Below, piece by piece: positions 1 to 9,851 of a stretch of 32,000 nucleotides of DNA. The stretch is from positions 2,424,218 to 2,456,217 of the forward strand of contig NZ_CAXXTT010000002.1 in assembly GCF_963665675.2 (NCBI RefSeq). Reading direction: 5' to 3'. Source of the stretch: an uncultured Methanolobus sp. Its GTDB lineage: Archaea > Halobacteriota > Methanosarcinia > Methanosarcinales > Methanosarcinaceae. The first letter of the stretch is position 1. Each line of letters begins with the position of its first letter. A program made the translations under genes and the position numbers. A model generated the notes under the pieces. It saw only the letters and a program-made list of their open reading frames with translations. It made no database searches and was not told where the DNA came from.

Positions 1-58
1 TGATTCTACAGAGCCAAAGTCTTAGAGCATAAATACCTAAGAAAATATTGATGAGTTT

Positions 59-772
59 TCATTCATCAGTAAATTTGAAATATACTCTCCGGTTGTTTTT
101 TCCTTTGTTTTCGGCCTTTATGATTGATATGTGTGGAATGTCACCGGTATTTGCGATGTGTGTGCCTCCGCATGCCTGCACATCAACATCCGGGATACTG
201 ATTATCCTTATATCTTCGATCTCAGGAGGGAATGCATCCTTAAGTTTGACAACTGAAGGAATGCTGAAAGCTTCTTCACGTGGTATTATGTCAATGCTCA
301 CAGGGATATTGCGGTCGATTATCACATTGACCTTGCTTTCGTAGGAATCTATTTGCTCACGGTCAAAGTCTTCCAGATTGAAATCCACACGTGTCTTCTC
401 TTCTCCAAGCTGGTTTCCTGTGATCATGGCACCGGTTTCATTGTGGATTATAGCACTCAGTATGTGGCAGGCAGTATGATACTGCATGAAACGGTATCTT
501 CTGTCCCAGTCAATGATTCCTTTGACTTTATCGCCTGCTTTAAGCCCGGGATTTGTGACCTCATGACTGATATCTCCGCCAAATTTGCCCGCGAAAATTA
601 CCGGAAACTCTGTCCCGTCTTCCCTGACAAGTTTTCCAGTGTCATGTGGCTGTCCTCCTGATTTTGGATAGAATGCAGTCCGGTCCAGAACCACGAATTT
701 ATCGTCCTTTACACTTTTAACAGTTGCATCAAACTCTTTCAGGTAACAATCAGTAAGGTATAATTCTTTCAT
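59..772 (-). CDS. alaX: AlaX-M type alanyl-tRNA editing protein (free-standing AlaRS editing domain)
   Basis: 237-aa ORF with both zinc-binding motifs of the AlaRS-type editing (tRNA_SAD) domain: HTACH (HxxxH) and CGGTH (CxxxH). The length is typical of AlaX-M. Confidence 0.85.
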   Translation of the reverse strand: MKELYLTDCYLKEFDATVKSVKDDKFVVLDRTAFYPKSGGQPHDTGKLVREDGTEFPVIFAGKFGGDISHEVTNPGLKAGDKVKGIIDWDRRYRFMQYHTACHILSAIIHNETGAMITGNQLGEEKTRVDFNLEDFDREQIDSYESKVNVIIDRNIPVSIDIIPREEAFSIPSVVKLKDAFPPEIEDIRIISIPDVDVQACGGTHIANTGDIPHISIIKAENKGKNNRRVYFKFTDE

Positions 773-861
773 GGATACAGTAAAGGTAACTTATCTGAAT
801 TAATTTTTTGCATTAGCAACGATTTATAAAACTGTGATCTAAACTATATCATAGGGAAAAA

Positions 862-1461
862 TCAAATTACTGCAAGTCTCCCTGAATCGGTGATGTCAAA
901 TCCATCCTCATCTGAGATATAACCCATATCTTTCAGTTCCCTGATATGATTGTAGGCCATACCCCTGGAGATTCCGACCTTTAAGGCAATTTTACTTACT
1001 GTCTTCTCACCTTGTTTTATATGTTCAAGAATAGCCTTTTTTGTGGGAGATATGTTGAATCCCAGTATCGGAAACTCTATCATGACATTATCTTCTTCGG
1101 TTACGTAGACAACTCTCTTGACCATGTTACTTCTGGCATAGGCCCCAAACAGCGCCCCGAAAGCCTGAGGTTTCCTTCCCCCAGACACGTTGATGACCAC
1201 TTGCTTTCCCCAATCATGCTCCTTTTCAATGGCATCAGCTACATCCTGAGCAACCCTTACAGGGTCATATAGTGAAGTAATTATTTTCTGAATTTCAATA
1301 ACTTTCCCAAAAGTAGTTTCAAGCATCTGTTCTGCTTGGACTTTCTTGTCCACCGCTCCGTCTTCTGTGAGAATTATCACTCTGGTTGGTGAAAGACGTG
1401 TTATGCAGACCAGTACGGGGTCGAGGGTGTATAGTGTTGTGATGAGGGTTAGATCGGGCAT
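862..1461 (-). CDS. csa3: Csa3-family CRISPR-associated transcriptional regulator (CARF-like Rossmann domain + C-terminal winged HTH)
   Basis: 199 aa. The N-terminal alpha/beta domain contains NVSGGRK, which fits the CARF pocket signature [DN]x[ST]xxx[RK]. The C-terminal HTH is TVSKIALKVGISRGMAYNHIRELKDMGYI. The gene is divergent from cas3. The call rests on architecture and context, not on a search. Confidence 0.7.
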   Translation of the reverse strand: MPDLTLITTLYTLDPVLVCITRLSPTRVIILTEDGAVDKKVQAEQMLETTFGKVIEIQKIITSLYDPVRVAQDVADAIEKEHDWGKQVVINVSGGRKPQAFGALFGAYARSNMVKRVVYVTEEDNVMIEFPILGFNISPTKKAILEHIKQGEKTVSKIALKVGISRGMAYNHIRELKDMGYISDEDGFDITDSGRLAVI

Positions 1462-1679
1462 TGATAGGTGGGTATGTTGCAGGGTGTATATATTTGTAAT
1501 CGGGGTATGTAGGGATATTTAGTTTTATGTGTGGTATTGTTTTTAGTTGCTATAGTTAAGTATATATTAAAGGTGTACAGTTATACTTTTAGTAATCATT
1601 TACGATTTGAATTATTTGATTACTTGCAGTTCATGTATTATTGCCATTAATCTATAGGAGCGGCACAAGGTTGGACGAG
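1462..1679. promoter_or_regulatory. Divergent csa3 / cas3 promoter region with repeat elements
   Basis: AT-rich region with two TATA-like boxes: TATATATT at about 1487-1494, which can serve the minus-strand csa3, and AAGTATATATTA at 1558-1569, which can serve cas3. It also has G/T-rich direct repeats GGGTATGT..AGGG..TAT(A)TTT at 1470-1495 and 1503-1520 (starts 33 bp apart). An 8-bp inverted repeat AGTAATCA-N18-TGATTACT lies at 1591-1624, between the cas3 TATA box and the start codon. Confidence 0.45.
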
Positions 1680-4259
1680 ATGTATAAATACTGGGGCAAG
1701 GCCGAAGAATCAAGTTGGCATCCATTGCCTTATCACTGCATGGATGTTGCAGCAGTTGCTGATCAGTGGTGGAAGAACAGTTCAAGTATACGTCATAGTT
1801 TTTCCCATGAAACAGGTTTGTCTGAAGAAGAAGCTCATGCATGGATGATGTTCTTCATTGCTCTGCATGATCTTGGCAAATTTGACGTTCGGTTCCAGAT
1901 GAAGGTTTTGGATTTAGCTAAAGACAGCTACAATTCAAATTTGTCCAAGAACGTAAGAACTAAGGATTATTTTCATGGGGACGAAGGATACAAGTGGTTC
2001 GTGCTTGAAAGTGCAGACTTATACTTTAAGGATGTTGATTATAAGAAACAAAGATGGCTACAGAATTGGTTTGCTTCGGTTGCAGGACATCATGGATCAA
2101 TACCTACAAATGCCGAACCCAATCTTCCTCCGTTTGTTGATGAATCCATAACATCTAAAGATTGTCTTGCTCGCCAAAACTGGATACACGGATTGAATCA
2201 CATTTTTTTAGAACCTGCAGGGATTACATTTGATGATATTCCTACAAAGAATCCACCAGTACTACTTGCAGGATTTTGTAGTGTTTGTGATTGGTTGGGT
2301 TCCAATAGAGAATATTTTGAATTCCAACAGAACGCATCATCATTGGAAGAGTACTTTAGTAGCAGAAAAGAAAAAGCGTTGAAAGCTTTGAGTGACTTTG
2401 GTCTTTTAGCTCACATATATACTATTGGTGGGATGAAAGCTCTTTATCCAAATTACACCCCACAAAACATACAAACATTAATCGATAGATTGCCTGTAGA
2501 ACAGTCTTTAATCATAATTGAAGCTGATACTGGCAGTGGAAAAACGGAAGCTGCTTTGGCTTACGCATCCAAATTATTGGCAGATAGTTTAGCAGACAGT
2601 ATTGTTTTTGCTTTGCCCACGCAAGCAACAGCAAATGCAATGTTAGAACGACTGGAAAATGTTTCTGATAAAATATTTGGAAGCAATGACAACATTATTC
2701 TGGCACATGGTAAACGGGACTCAAATGCACACTTTAGGAAAATGATTGAAAGGCACAAACAATCAGTAAGTCCCCAAGGTGATCTAGAAGCCGGAGCACA
2801 GTGTAGTGAATGGTTGTCCTCCAGTAGGAAACGTGCTTTTTTAGGACAAATTGCTGTGACTACTGTTGATCAGGTCATGCTATCGGCAATAAGACCTTTG
2901 AAGCATTTCTTTGTTCGGAGTTTTGGGATTGGTAAAGGTGTTTTGATTATTGATGAAGTCCATGCTTATGATGCTTACATGTACGGTATTTTGGAAGCAG
3001 TTATCAAGCAGCAAAAACAAGCTGGTGGCAGTGTTATTTTATTGTCTGCAACTCTTCCAGCATATCAAAAGCAATCGCTGTGTAGTGCGTGGGGCACTAA
3101 TGCAGCGATAGATGAAAAGGAATATCCATTGATTCTACAGGCAACAGATAATGATGTTCATTCATTCGCATTGGAGACTAGGGATTGTGTTCAGGATAAA
3201 ATTGTTGAAATCGAGTTGTGGAAGACGGATGATTGTTCAATAGCTAAAGATCAACTTGAAAGGATAGTTAAAGCAGCAGAAGAAGGAGCTAAAATCGGCA
3301 TTGTTTGTAATTTAGTTGATGATGCTCAAAGATATGCACATCTTCTGGGTGAAATTACTTATGTACCTGTTGATATTTTCCACTCAAGATATCGATACTG
3401 CGACAGGATGAATAAAGAAAAAGCAGTATTGGACAATTACGATAAAAACAGTTCAGATCAGGGACGTATATTAGTTGGGACACAGGTAATAGAACAATCA
3501 TTGGATATCGATTTTGATTGGATGATTTCTTTTATATGTCCGATTGATCTGCTGTTTCAACGTATGGGGAGGTTACACAGGCATTTAAAGCAACGTCCAG
3601 AGTCCTATAACAAGCCACTATGCACAGTTGTGATGCCAAATATTGGTGATGTAGATTTAATGGAAGATCCAAAGAAAATATACGGTTTGCATAATTATGT
3701 CTATAAAAACACCAGAGTTCTTTGGCGCACTCAATGCTTGTTGGAGCAAAATGATAAAATCCATTTTCCAGAAGCATATCGTGATTGGATTGAACAGGTT
3801 TATGATAAGGAGAGGTGGGATAATGAACCGGAATCATTAACCAAAGCGCATGAAGAATATGAAACAGAAGAGTGGGCAAGTAAGTGGATCTCAAAAGGAT
3901 TGACTCAAGCTGATACTTTTTTTATGGATTCAGAAGGCAATGCAAATTCGCTTACACGTGAAGGAAAAATGAATCTAAGTGTTATTCCGGTAATGGACGA
4001 AAGTGGAGTTAAACACTTTTTGGACGGCTTGCCTGTTCCCAAGCCAGATGATAAGTTTGATCGTGAGCTCTTGAGCCAAAACAGCCTGGGGGTTCCAGAC
4101 AGCAATTTTTGGAGGTCCGTTTTACCTCAAAGCCAAGATGGATTGCATTACTTACCTATGATGAAAACAGATAATGGATGGCGTTTTGATTATGATGGCG
4201 GTTACTTAATTTATACTCAGGACAGAGGATTGCAGAAGGTGAAACATGACGAGTTTTAA
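1680..4259 (+). CDS. cas3: Cas3 HD nuclease / SF2 helicase (type I-E)
   Basis: HD-domain motifs are present (MYKYWGKA..HPLPYHCMDVAAVADQWW, HDLGKFDVRFQ), followed by helicase motif I EADTGSGKTEAAL and motif II DEVHAYD. The N-terminus is collinear with E. coli Cas3 as I remember it. The ORF opens at TTG 1641, but ATG 1680 gives the homologous N-terminus. Confidence 0.93.
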   Translation: MYKYWGKAEESSWHPLPYHCMDVAAVADQWWKNSSSIRHSFSHETGLSEEEAHAWMMFFIALHDLGKFDVRFQMKVLDLAKDSYNSNLSKNVRTKDYFHGDEGYKWFVLESADLYFKDVDYKKQRWLQNWFASVAGHHGSIPTNAEPNLPPFVDESITSKDCLARQNWIHGLNHIFLEPAGITFDDIPTKNPPVLLAGFCSVCDWLGSNREYFEFQQNASSLEEYFSSRKEKALKALSDFGLLAHIYTIGGMKALYPNYTPQNIQTLIDRLPVEQSLIIIEADTGSGKTEAALAYASKLLADSLADSIVFALPTQATANAMLERLENVSDKIFGSNDNIILAHGKRDSNAHFRKMIERHKQSVSPQGDLEAGAQCSEWLSSSRKRAFLGQIAVTTVDQVMLSAIRPLKHFFVRSFGIGKGVLIIDEVHAYDAYMYGILEAVIKQQKQAGGSVILLSATLPAYQKQSLCSAWGTNAAIDEKEYPLILQATDNDVHSFALETRDCVQDKIVEIELWKTDDCSIAKDQLERIVKAAEEGAKIGIVCNLVDDAQRYAHLLGEITYVPVDIFHSRYRYCDRMNKEKAVLDNYDKNSSDQGRILVGTQVIEQSLDIDFDWMISFICPIDLLFQRMGRLHRHLKQRPESYNKPLCTVVMPNIGDVDLMEDPKKIYGLHNYVYKNTRVLWRTQCLLEQNDKIHFPEAYRDWIEQVYDKERWDNEPESLTKAHEEYETEEWASKWISKGLTQADTFFMDSEGNANSLTREGKMNLSVIPVMDESGVKHFLDGLPVPKPDDKFDRELLSQNSLGVPDSNFWRSVLPQSQDGLHYLPMMKTDNGWRFDYDGGYLIYTQDRGLQKVKHDEF

Positions 4260-5727
4260 TTTACTAACAGAGGATTGGATTCCAGTCCAAAAGCAAGGGC
4301 AGTTTGAAACTATCAGCCTGAAGCGTTTGCTTTGTAATGATGAGGACTGGCAGATCTGCCTGTCTCGTGATGATATGGAAATGGCTGCTTTACAACTGGT
4401 AGTTTGTATTGTGCAAGTTGTTTTCATGCCGGATGATGAAGATGATTTGTTAGATGCTTATAGCGAACCGATGAGTGAAATGGACTATGAGAAAGGAATA
4501 GTACCATTTATGGAATGGTTCGATTTACTGCATCCTGAATATCCATTCATGCAGCGTGTCGATGTGAAGGCCAGTAAAATAAAGTCTCCACAAGCGTTAC
4601 TAACTGGATTGCCTGAAAAAACCAGCACATCTGCGTCATCACATAAATTTTTTAATGACATTGAAGATGTAAACACTTTGGATATGAACATTGCTACGAT
4701 TGCTTTGTTCAATCGTGCATTGAACTCTCCTCCAGAAGGTGGAGGCTTTAAAGGTAGTTTGAGAGGAGGCGCACCCGCGACCACATTAATTGCTGGCAAG
4801 AGTCTAAGACAGACAATATGGTGCAATATCTTAACTAAGGAAACAGTTCAAAGAACCTATCCTGATTTTGCAGTGAACCCTGAAAATGATTTGCCAACTT
4901 GGATAGATCCAATTGTTCCAAAATCAGAATTTTACTCCTATCAAATTGGTTTTAGACGTGGTCTGTTTTGGCAGCCAGCTAAAATCAAATTAGTTGTTGG
5001 AAGTTCGAAGGTAATAGGTATTATCTCTGAAAAAATGACATATCAGTTAAGAGATGAGCCTGAGCATCGTTGGCTGCATCCACATAGTCCTAAAAAATGG
5101 AGGATAGGTAAAGATAGTCGAAAAGAAACATATCTTTCATTTACCACTACTGCACCTGCTTGGACTCAATTAACTAATATTCTGATCAAAGAGGATATGG
5201 ATAAAGAAGGGCATGAACCTCCTCTAGTAATAATACAATATAGGGACATTTTTAGAGGTAAATCACTTCAACTAATTATAGGAGGTTATCGTAACAATCA
5301 AGCTAAAATAGAGCAGCGGAGGCATGAAATCATGTCTATCTCTCAAGGTTGGGATAGTAAAACTGGGCAAGAAAATATCAAGTACATCATCTCTTTAAGT
5401 TTAAGTTATAAAAGCGAATTGAGGAAAAAACTATACGGAGTAGCCAAAAAGATAGGTGGGGAGAATGGTGTAGTAGGTCTTTCAGATAGAGGACAGGATT
5501 TATTTTACCAACAATCTGAATCTTTAATTCACAGTTATATTTCTCAAATGGATTGGCAACAAGCAGACCATAAGATGTTCACTTTCAAAAAATCGTTAAC
5601 CATGTTGTGTAGAAACATATTTGACCAGCTGATGTTGCCATATGAACACGATCCTAAATTTCTCAGTTCTATAGTCGTTAGCCGTGCCAGACTAAATGCA
5701 TCATTAAAGGAAATAGGAGAGAATTAA
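4246..5727 (+). CDS. cas8e: Cas8e / Cse1 (CasA), Cascade large subunit
   Basis: 493 aa. The N-terminus NLLTEDWIPVQ...LSRDDMEMAALQLVVCIVQ parallels remembered E. coli CasA (NLLIDNWIPVR...LPRDDMELAALALLVCIGQ). The gene overlaps the cas3 stop by 14 nt, and SD GAAGGTGA lies upstream. Confidence 0.88.
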   Translation: MTSFNLLTEDWIPVQKQGQFETISLKRLLCNDEDWQICLSRDDMEMAALQLVVCIVQVVFMPDDEDDLLDAYSEPMSEMDYEKGIVPFMEWFDLLHPEYPFMQRVDVKASKIKSPQALLTGLPEKTSTSASSHKFFNDIEDVNTLDMNIATIALFNRALNSPPEGGGFKGSLRGGAPATTLIAGKSLRQTIWCNILTKETVQRTYPDFAVNPENDLPTWIDPIVPKSEFYSYQIGFRRGLFWQPAKIKLVVGSSKVIGIISEKMTYQLRDEPEHRWLHPHSPKKWRIGKDSRKETYLSFTTTAPAWTQLTNILIKEDMDKEGHEPPLVIIQYRDIFRGKSLQLIIGGYRNNQAKIEQRRHEIMSISQGWDSKTGQENIKYIISLSLSYKSELRKKLYGVAKKIGGENGVVGLSDRGQDLFYQQSESLIHSYISQMDWQQADHKMFTFKKSLTMLCRNIFDQLMLPYEHDPKFLSSIVVSRARLNASLKEIGEN

Positions 5728-5771
5728 ATGAGTTTGTATAATCAACATAAATTGAAACGGGGAGTTTTACT

Positions 5772-6212
5772 ATGACCTCTTTTACTGAACTTCATCAACG
5801 TTTCTGGGAAACGCTGGATAATGGACAACGTGCAGAAATAAGGCGTGCTTCAACTCCTGGTGATCTGGAATGTTTGCCAGCATTTTATCATCTTATAGGA
5901 TACCAAAATCCGGGGGAAATAAAACAACTGGCACGTGTAGCTTTCCTTTTACCATTTGCTGAGAAGCATAGTGAAAATGCCAAGCCTTTAGGCAGGCAAC
6001 TCAACGATGGAAAAATCAGTGAGAAACGGATTTTTCAGATTGTCCGTTCAAGCTCACCAAATGATCTGGTTCAATTGCGTCGTGCTGTGCAGCAAGCCAA
6101 ACTAAAGAGCATCGATTGGGATGCATTTGGTAAAAACCTGTTCTATTGGGGAGAAAGATCAAAAAAACAACTTGTTCAAAATTTCTTTATTTATACGAAA
6201 GAGGAGGAGTAA
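5772..6212 (+). CDS. cse2: Cse2 / Cas11e (CasB), Cascade small subunit
   Basis: 146-aa ORF in the canonical slot between cas8e and cas7. SD GGGGAG lies about 8 nt upstream. The call rests mainly on position and size. Confidence 0.78.
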   Translation: MTSFTELHQRFWETLDNGQRAEIRRASTPGDLECLPAFYHLIGYQNPGEIKQLARVAFLLPFAEKHSENAKPLGRQLNDGKISEKRIFQIVRSSSPNDLVQLRRAVQQAKLKSIDWDAFGKNLFYWGERSKKQLVQNFFIYTKEEE

Positions 6213-6215
6213 ATC

Positions 6216-7349
6216 ATGAATGAAAAGAATTATGTCAACTACCACATTTTAATTTCGCACAGCCCATCCAATCTTAACAGGGATGACATGAACATGCAGA
6301 AAACCGCTGTATTTGGTGGCGTAAAAAGAACACGCATATCCAGTCAGAGTCTGAAGAGAGCAATGAGGCACTCTGACTATTACAAAAACAATATTGGAAT
6401 GCCAAGTGAGAGAACTAGGCAATTAGGAAAATTGACTGCAAAGTATGTGGAAGCTTTGAAAGACAAGTATGATGAAAGCCTGGTCAAATCTGTTATGTCA
6501 TTGATTTCTGGTGAATCAGAGATCAAGGAGAACACTCAATCTGGTGCAGTCGCAGCGTGGACTATCTCTGAAGTGGAACAATACTGTCAGTTGTATCAAC
6601 AGTTACAGGAGCAATTCCCGAATGAGAAGGAATTCGAAAAGGAATGGAAAAACGCAACCGATAAAAAGAAGCTTCTGGATGATAAGACAAAAGTCAAACT
6701 GTTCCGTGAAGCACTACAAAATGGTCAGGACATTGCCTTATCCGGAAGAATGGCTACTTCAGGAATAATGACTATTGTGGATGCTTCTCTTGCAGTTGCA
6801 CATGCAATCACAACACACACAGTAGATACTGACATAGATTGGTTCACAGCAGTTGATGACTTGAATCAGGAAACAGGGGAAACAGGTTCAGCTCACTTAG
6901 ATACAACTGAATTTAGTTCAGGTGTATTCTATCGATATGCAAGTTTAAACCTCAGGCAGCTACAAGAAAACCTGGGTGATGTAGACCGTGAACAAGCATT
7001 GGATATTGCTGCACATGTCTTACACATGCTTGCAACTGTCGTGCCATCTGCCAAACAAAACGCTTTTGCCGCTTTTAATCTTGCAGATTTTGCACTTGTC
7101 AGTTTTAGTGATCAACCTATTTCATTAGCAAATGCTTTTGAAAATCCTGTCAAAGCAAGAGGAAATGGATTCATGGAGCCTTCTATCAACACCTTACTAG
7201 AATATCATAAAACAATCTCTAGTGCTTATGGCTTAATAGATGACAAGAAAGCTCTCTTCAGTACAAAGGAATGCAATTTAGAAACTGCAATGAGTATGGG
7301 TGCTGATTTCTCAAAGCTGAAGGAATGGTTAAAAGACAATGGAAATTAA
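6216..7349 (+). CDS. cas7: Cas7e / Cse4 (CasC), Cascade backbone subunit
   Basis: The N-terminus [42 protein letters not shown] is almost identical to remembered E. coli CasC ([42 protein letters not shown]). A strong SD GAGGAGGAG is present. Confidence 0.94.
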   Translation: [377 protein letters not shown]

Positions 7350-7364
7350 GCTGGGATGTGAACC

Positions 7365-8054
7365 ATGCAAGAATATTTAATAATAAAGTTGCAGGGTGCA
7401 ATGCAATCCTGGGGCGGGCATTCCTTTGAAGATTATCGCCCAAGCCATATATTTCCTACTCGCAGTGCAGTTGTCGGTTTGTTAGGAGCTTGTCTGGGAA
7501 TAGACAGATCCGATATTCAAAGTCGGGCAGATTTAAACGCCAGTTTTGAGCTTATTGTAAGGGCAGATCGCCGTAAGCTCAAAACAGAACAGTTTGGCAG
7601 CATCAGGGAAAAGGCATTAAGGATGCAAAAATTGACAGACTATCATACTGTCCTTGATGCCCGCAAAGTCGATGGAAGCTCACGATCTGATGCAATTATT
7701 TCTTATCGCGAATATCTGTACGATTCTGAATTCACATTAGCGTTAGGTTTTAGGGATGACGCAGTTTACACCTTGGAAAAGGTAAAGGAAGCTATTCAAA
7801 AACCATATTATACTCCAGTTCTGGGGCGTCGGTCATGTCCTATACATCGTCCTTTATTCGAAAAAATAATATCCGCTGAAAATGTCCAGCAAGCACTGGA
7901 TCGGATAGAGCCAAAACAAGGCACTTTGTACAGCGAGCAAAAGATAGCAGGCTCATCACCTATGCAAATACGCGATGTTCCTATTCAAGACCCGGTGCGA
8001 CAGTTTGCTACAAGAACAATATACATTTTAGGAGATGAACATGTACTTCAGTAG
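7365..8054 (+). CDS. cas5: Cas5e (CasD)
   Basis: 229 aa. MQEYLIIKLQGAMQSWGGHSFEDYRPS..FPTRSAVVGLLGACLGI parallels remembered E. coli CasD (MRSYLILRLAGPMQAWGQPTFEGTRPT..FPTRSGLLGLLGACLGI). Confidence 0.9.
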   Translation: MQEYLIIKLQGAMQSWGGHSFEDYRPSHIFPTRSAVVGLLGACLGIDRSDIQSRADLNASFELIVRADRRKLKTEQFGSIREKALRMQKLTDYHTVLDARKVDGSSRSDAIISYREYLYDSEFTLALGFRDDAVYTLEKVKEAIQKPYYTPVLGRRSCPIHRPLFEKIISAENVQQALDRIEPKQGTLYSEQKIAGSSPMQIRDVPIQDPVRQFATRTIYILGDEHVLQ

Positions 8055-8649
8055 ATGGTTGCTCAAATCCAAAAGACCGACTGATCCATATCAGCTACAT
8101 AGGAAAATATGGCAATTGTTTCCAAATAAGGCAGATGATGAACGGTCCTTTTTATTTCGGATTGAAAATAAGGGACAATATTGTGAGCAGATAATATTGC
8201 TACAGTCTGAATGTCAACCTGATATCACATCAAATGAACTCTTACTGTTAAATGGTCCAAAGGAAATTGACTTTGACATAAAATCCGAAAATAGTTATCA
8301 GTTTATGTTGCGGGCAAATCCAACTAAGAAAATAAAGGATAAAAATGGAAAACCAGGAAATCAAGGCAAGGTACGAGTCCCACTTATTGAAGAAGATGAG
8401 ATCGTAGCATGGTTGAAAAGACAATTATCGGACTGCGCAGAAATAGAGGATGTCAAGTTAATTCACAAAGATTTGCTTCGTTTCCATAAAAATAAAAAAG
8501 GAGACAAACACATTGGGAAAATTCAGACTGTAACGTTTCTGGGTGTTCTCACAGTTACCAATTCGGACCTATTAATCAACAAAATAATGAAGGGACTTGG
8601 TCCTGCTAAATCATTTGGTTGCGGGCTTTTAACCCTTGCTAAAACCTAA
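8041..8649 (+). CDS. cas6e: Cas6e (CasE) crRNA endoribonuclease
   Basis: MYFSRWLL..DPYQLHRKIWQLFPNK..RSFLFRIE parallels remembered E. coli CasE (MYLSKVII..DLYQLHQGLWHLFPNR..RDFLFHVE). AGGAG at 8030-8034 is spaced properly for ATG 8041. The ORF-track start ATG 8035 is only 1 nt from this SD. Confidence 0.9.
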   Translation: MYFSRWLLKSKRPTDPYQLHRKIWQLFPNKADDERSFLFRIENKGQYCEQIILLQSECQPDITSNELLLLNGPKEIDFDIKSENSYQFMLRANPTKKIKDKNGKPGNQGKVRVPLIEEDEIVAWLKRQLSDCAEIEDVKLIHKDLLRFHKNKKGDKHIGKIQTVTFLGVLTVTNSDLLINKIMKGLGPAKSFGCGLLTLAKT

Positions 8650-8674
8650 TTATTACAAACATCAAGGTGAGATC

Positions 8675-9851
<1,177 letters not shown>

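Noticed and set aside
48-661. Two plus-strand ORFs (98 and 102 aa) opposite alaX.
   Set aside because: They are antisense to a well-supported AlaX CDS with clear catalytic motifs. Their composition is low-complexity or hydrophobic and they have no start context.
773-861. Possible att-like direct repeats flanking the CRISPR-Cas island: ATATCATA and GAAAAAT words occur both at 840-861 and at 14560-14580.
   Set aside because: The words are only 7-8 nt, AT-rich, and in a different order on the two sides, which is compatible with chance. No integrase or tRNA is nearby.
1641-1679. Upstream alternative starts given by the ORF track for cas3 (TTG 1641), cas1 (TTG 8636), cas2 (ATG 9474), cas6e (ATG 8035) and the DtxR gene (GTG 24690).
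   Set aside because: The downstream ATGs (1680, 8675, 9567, 8041, 24702) reproduce the N-termini of the remembered E. coli homologs or family consensus and have correctly spaced SD-like sequences.
2561-4427. Minus-strand ORFs of 65-120 aa inside cas3 and at the cas3/cas8e junction.
   Set aside because: They are antisense to strongly supported cas genes, with no motifs and no promoter or SD context.
6511-6768. 85-aa highly basic alternate-frame ORF within cas7.
   Set aside because: It lies in a purine-rich (Lys/Glu-coding) stretch of cas7. An Arg/Ser/Asn-rich frame-shifted translation is expected by chance there.
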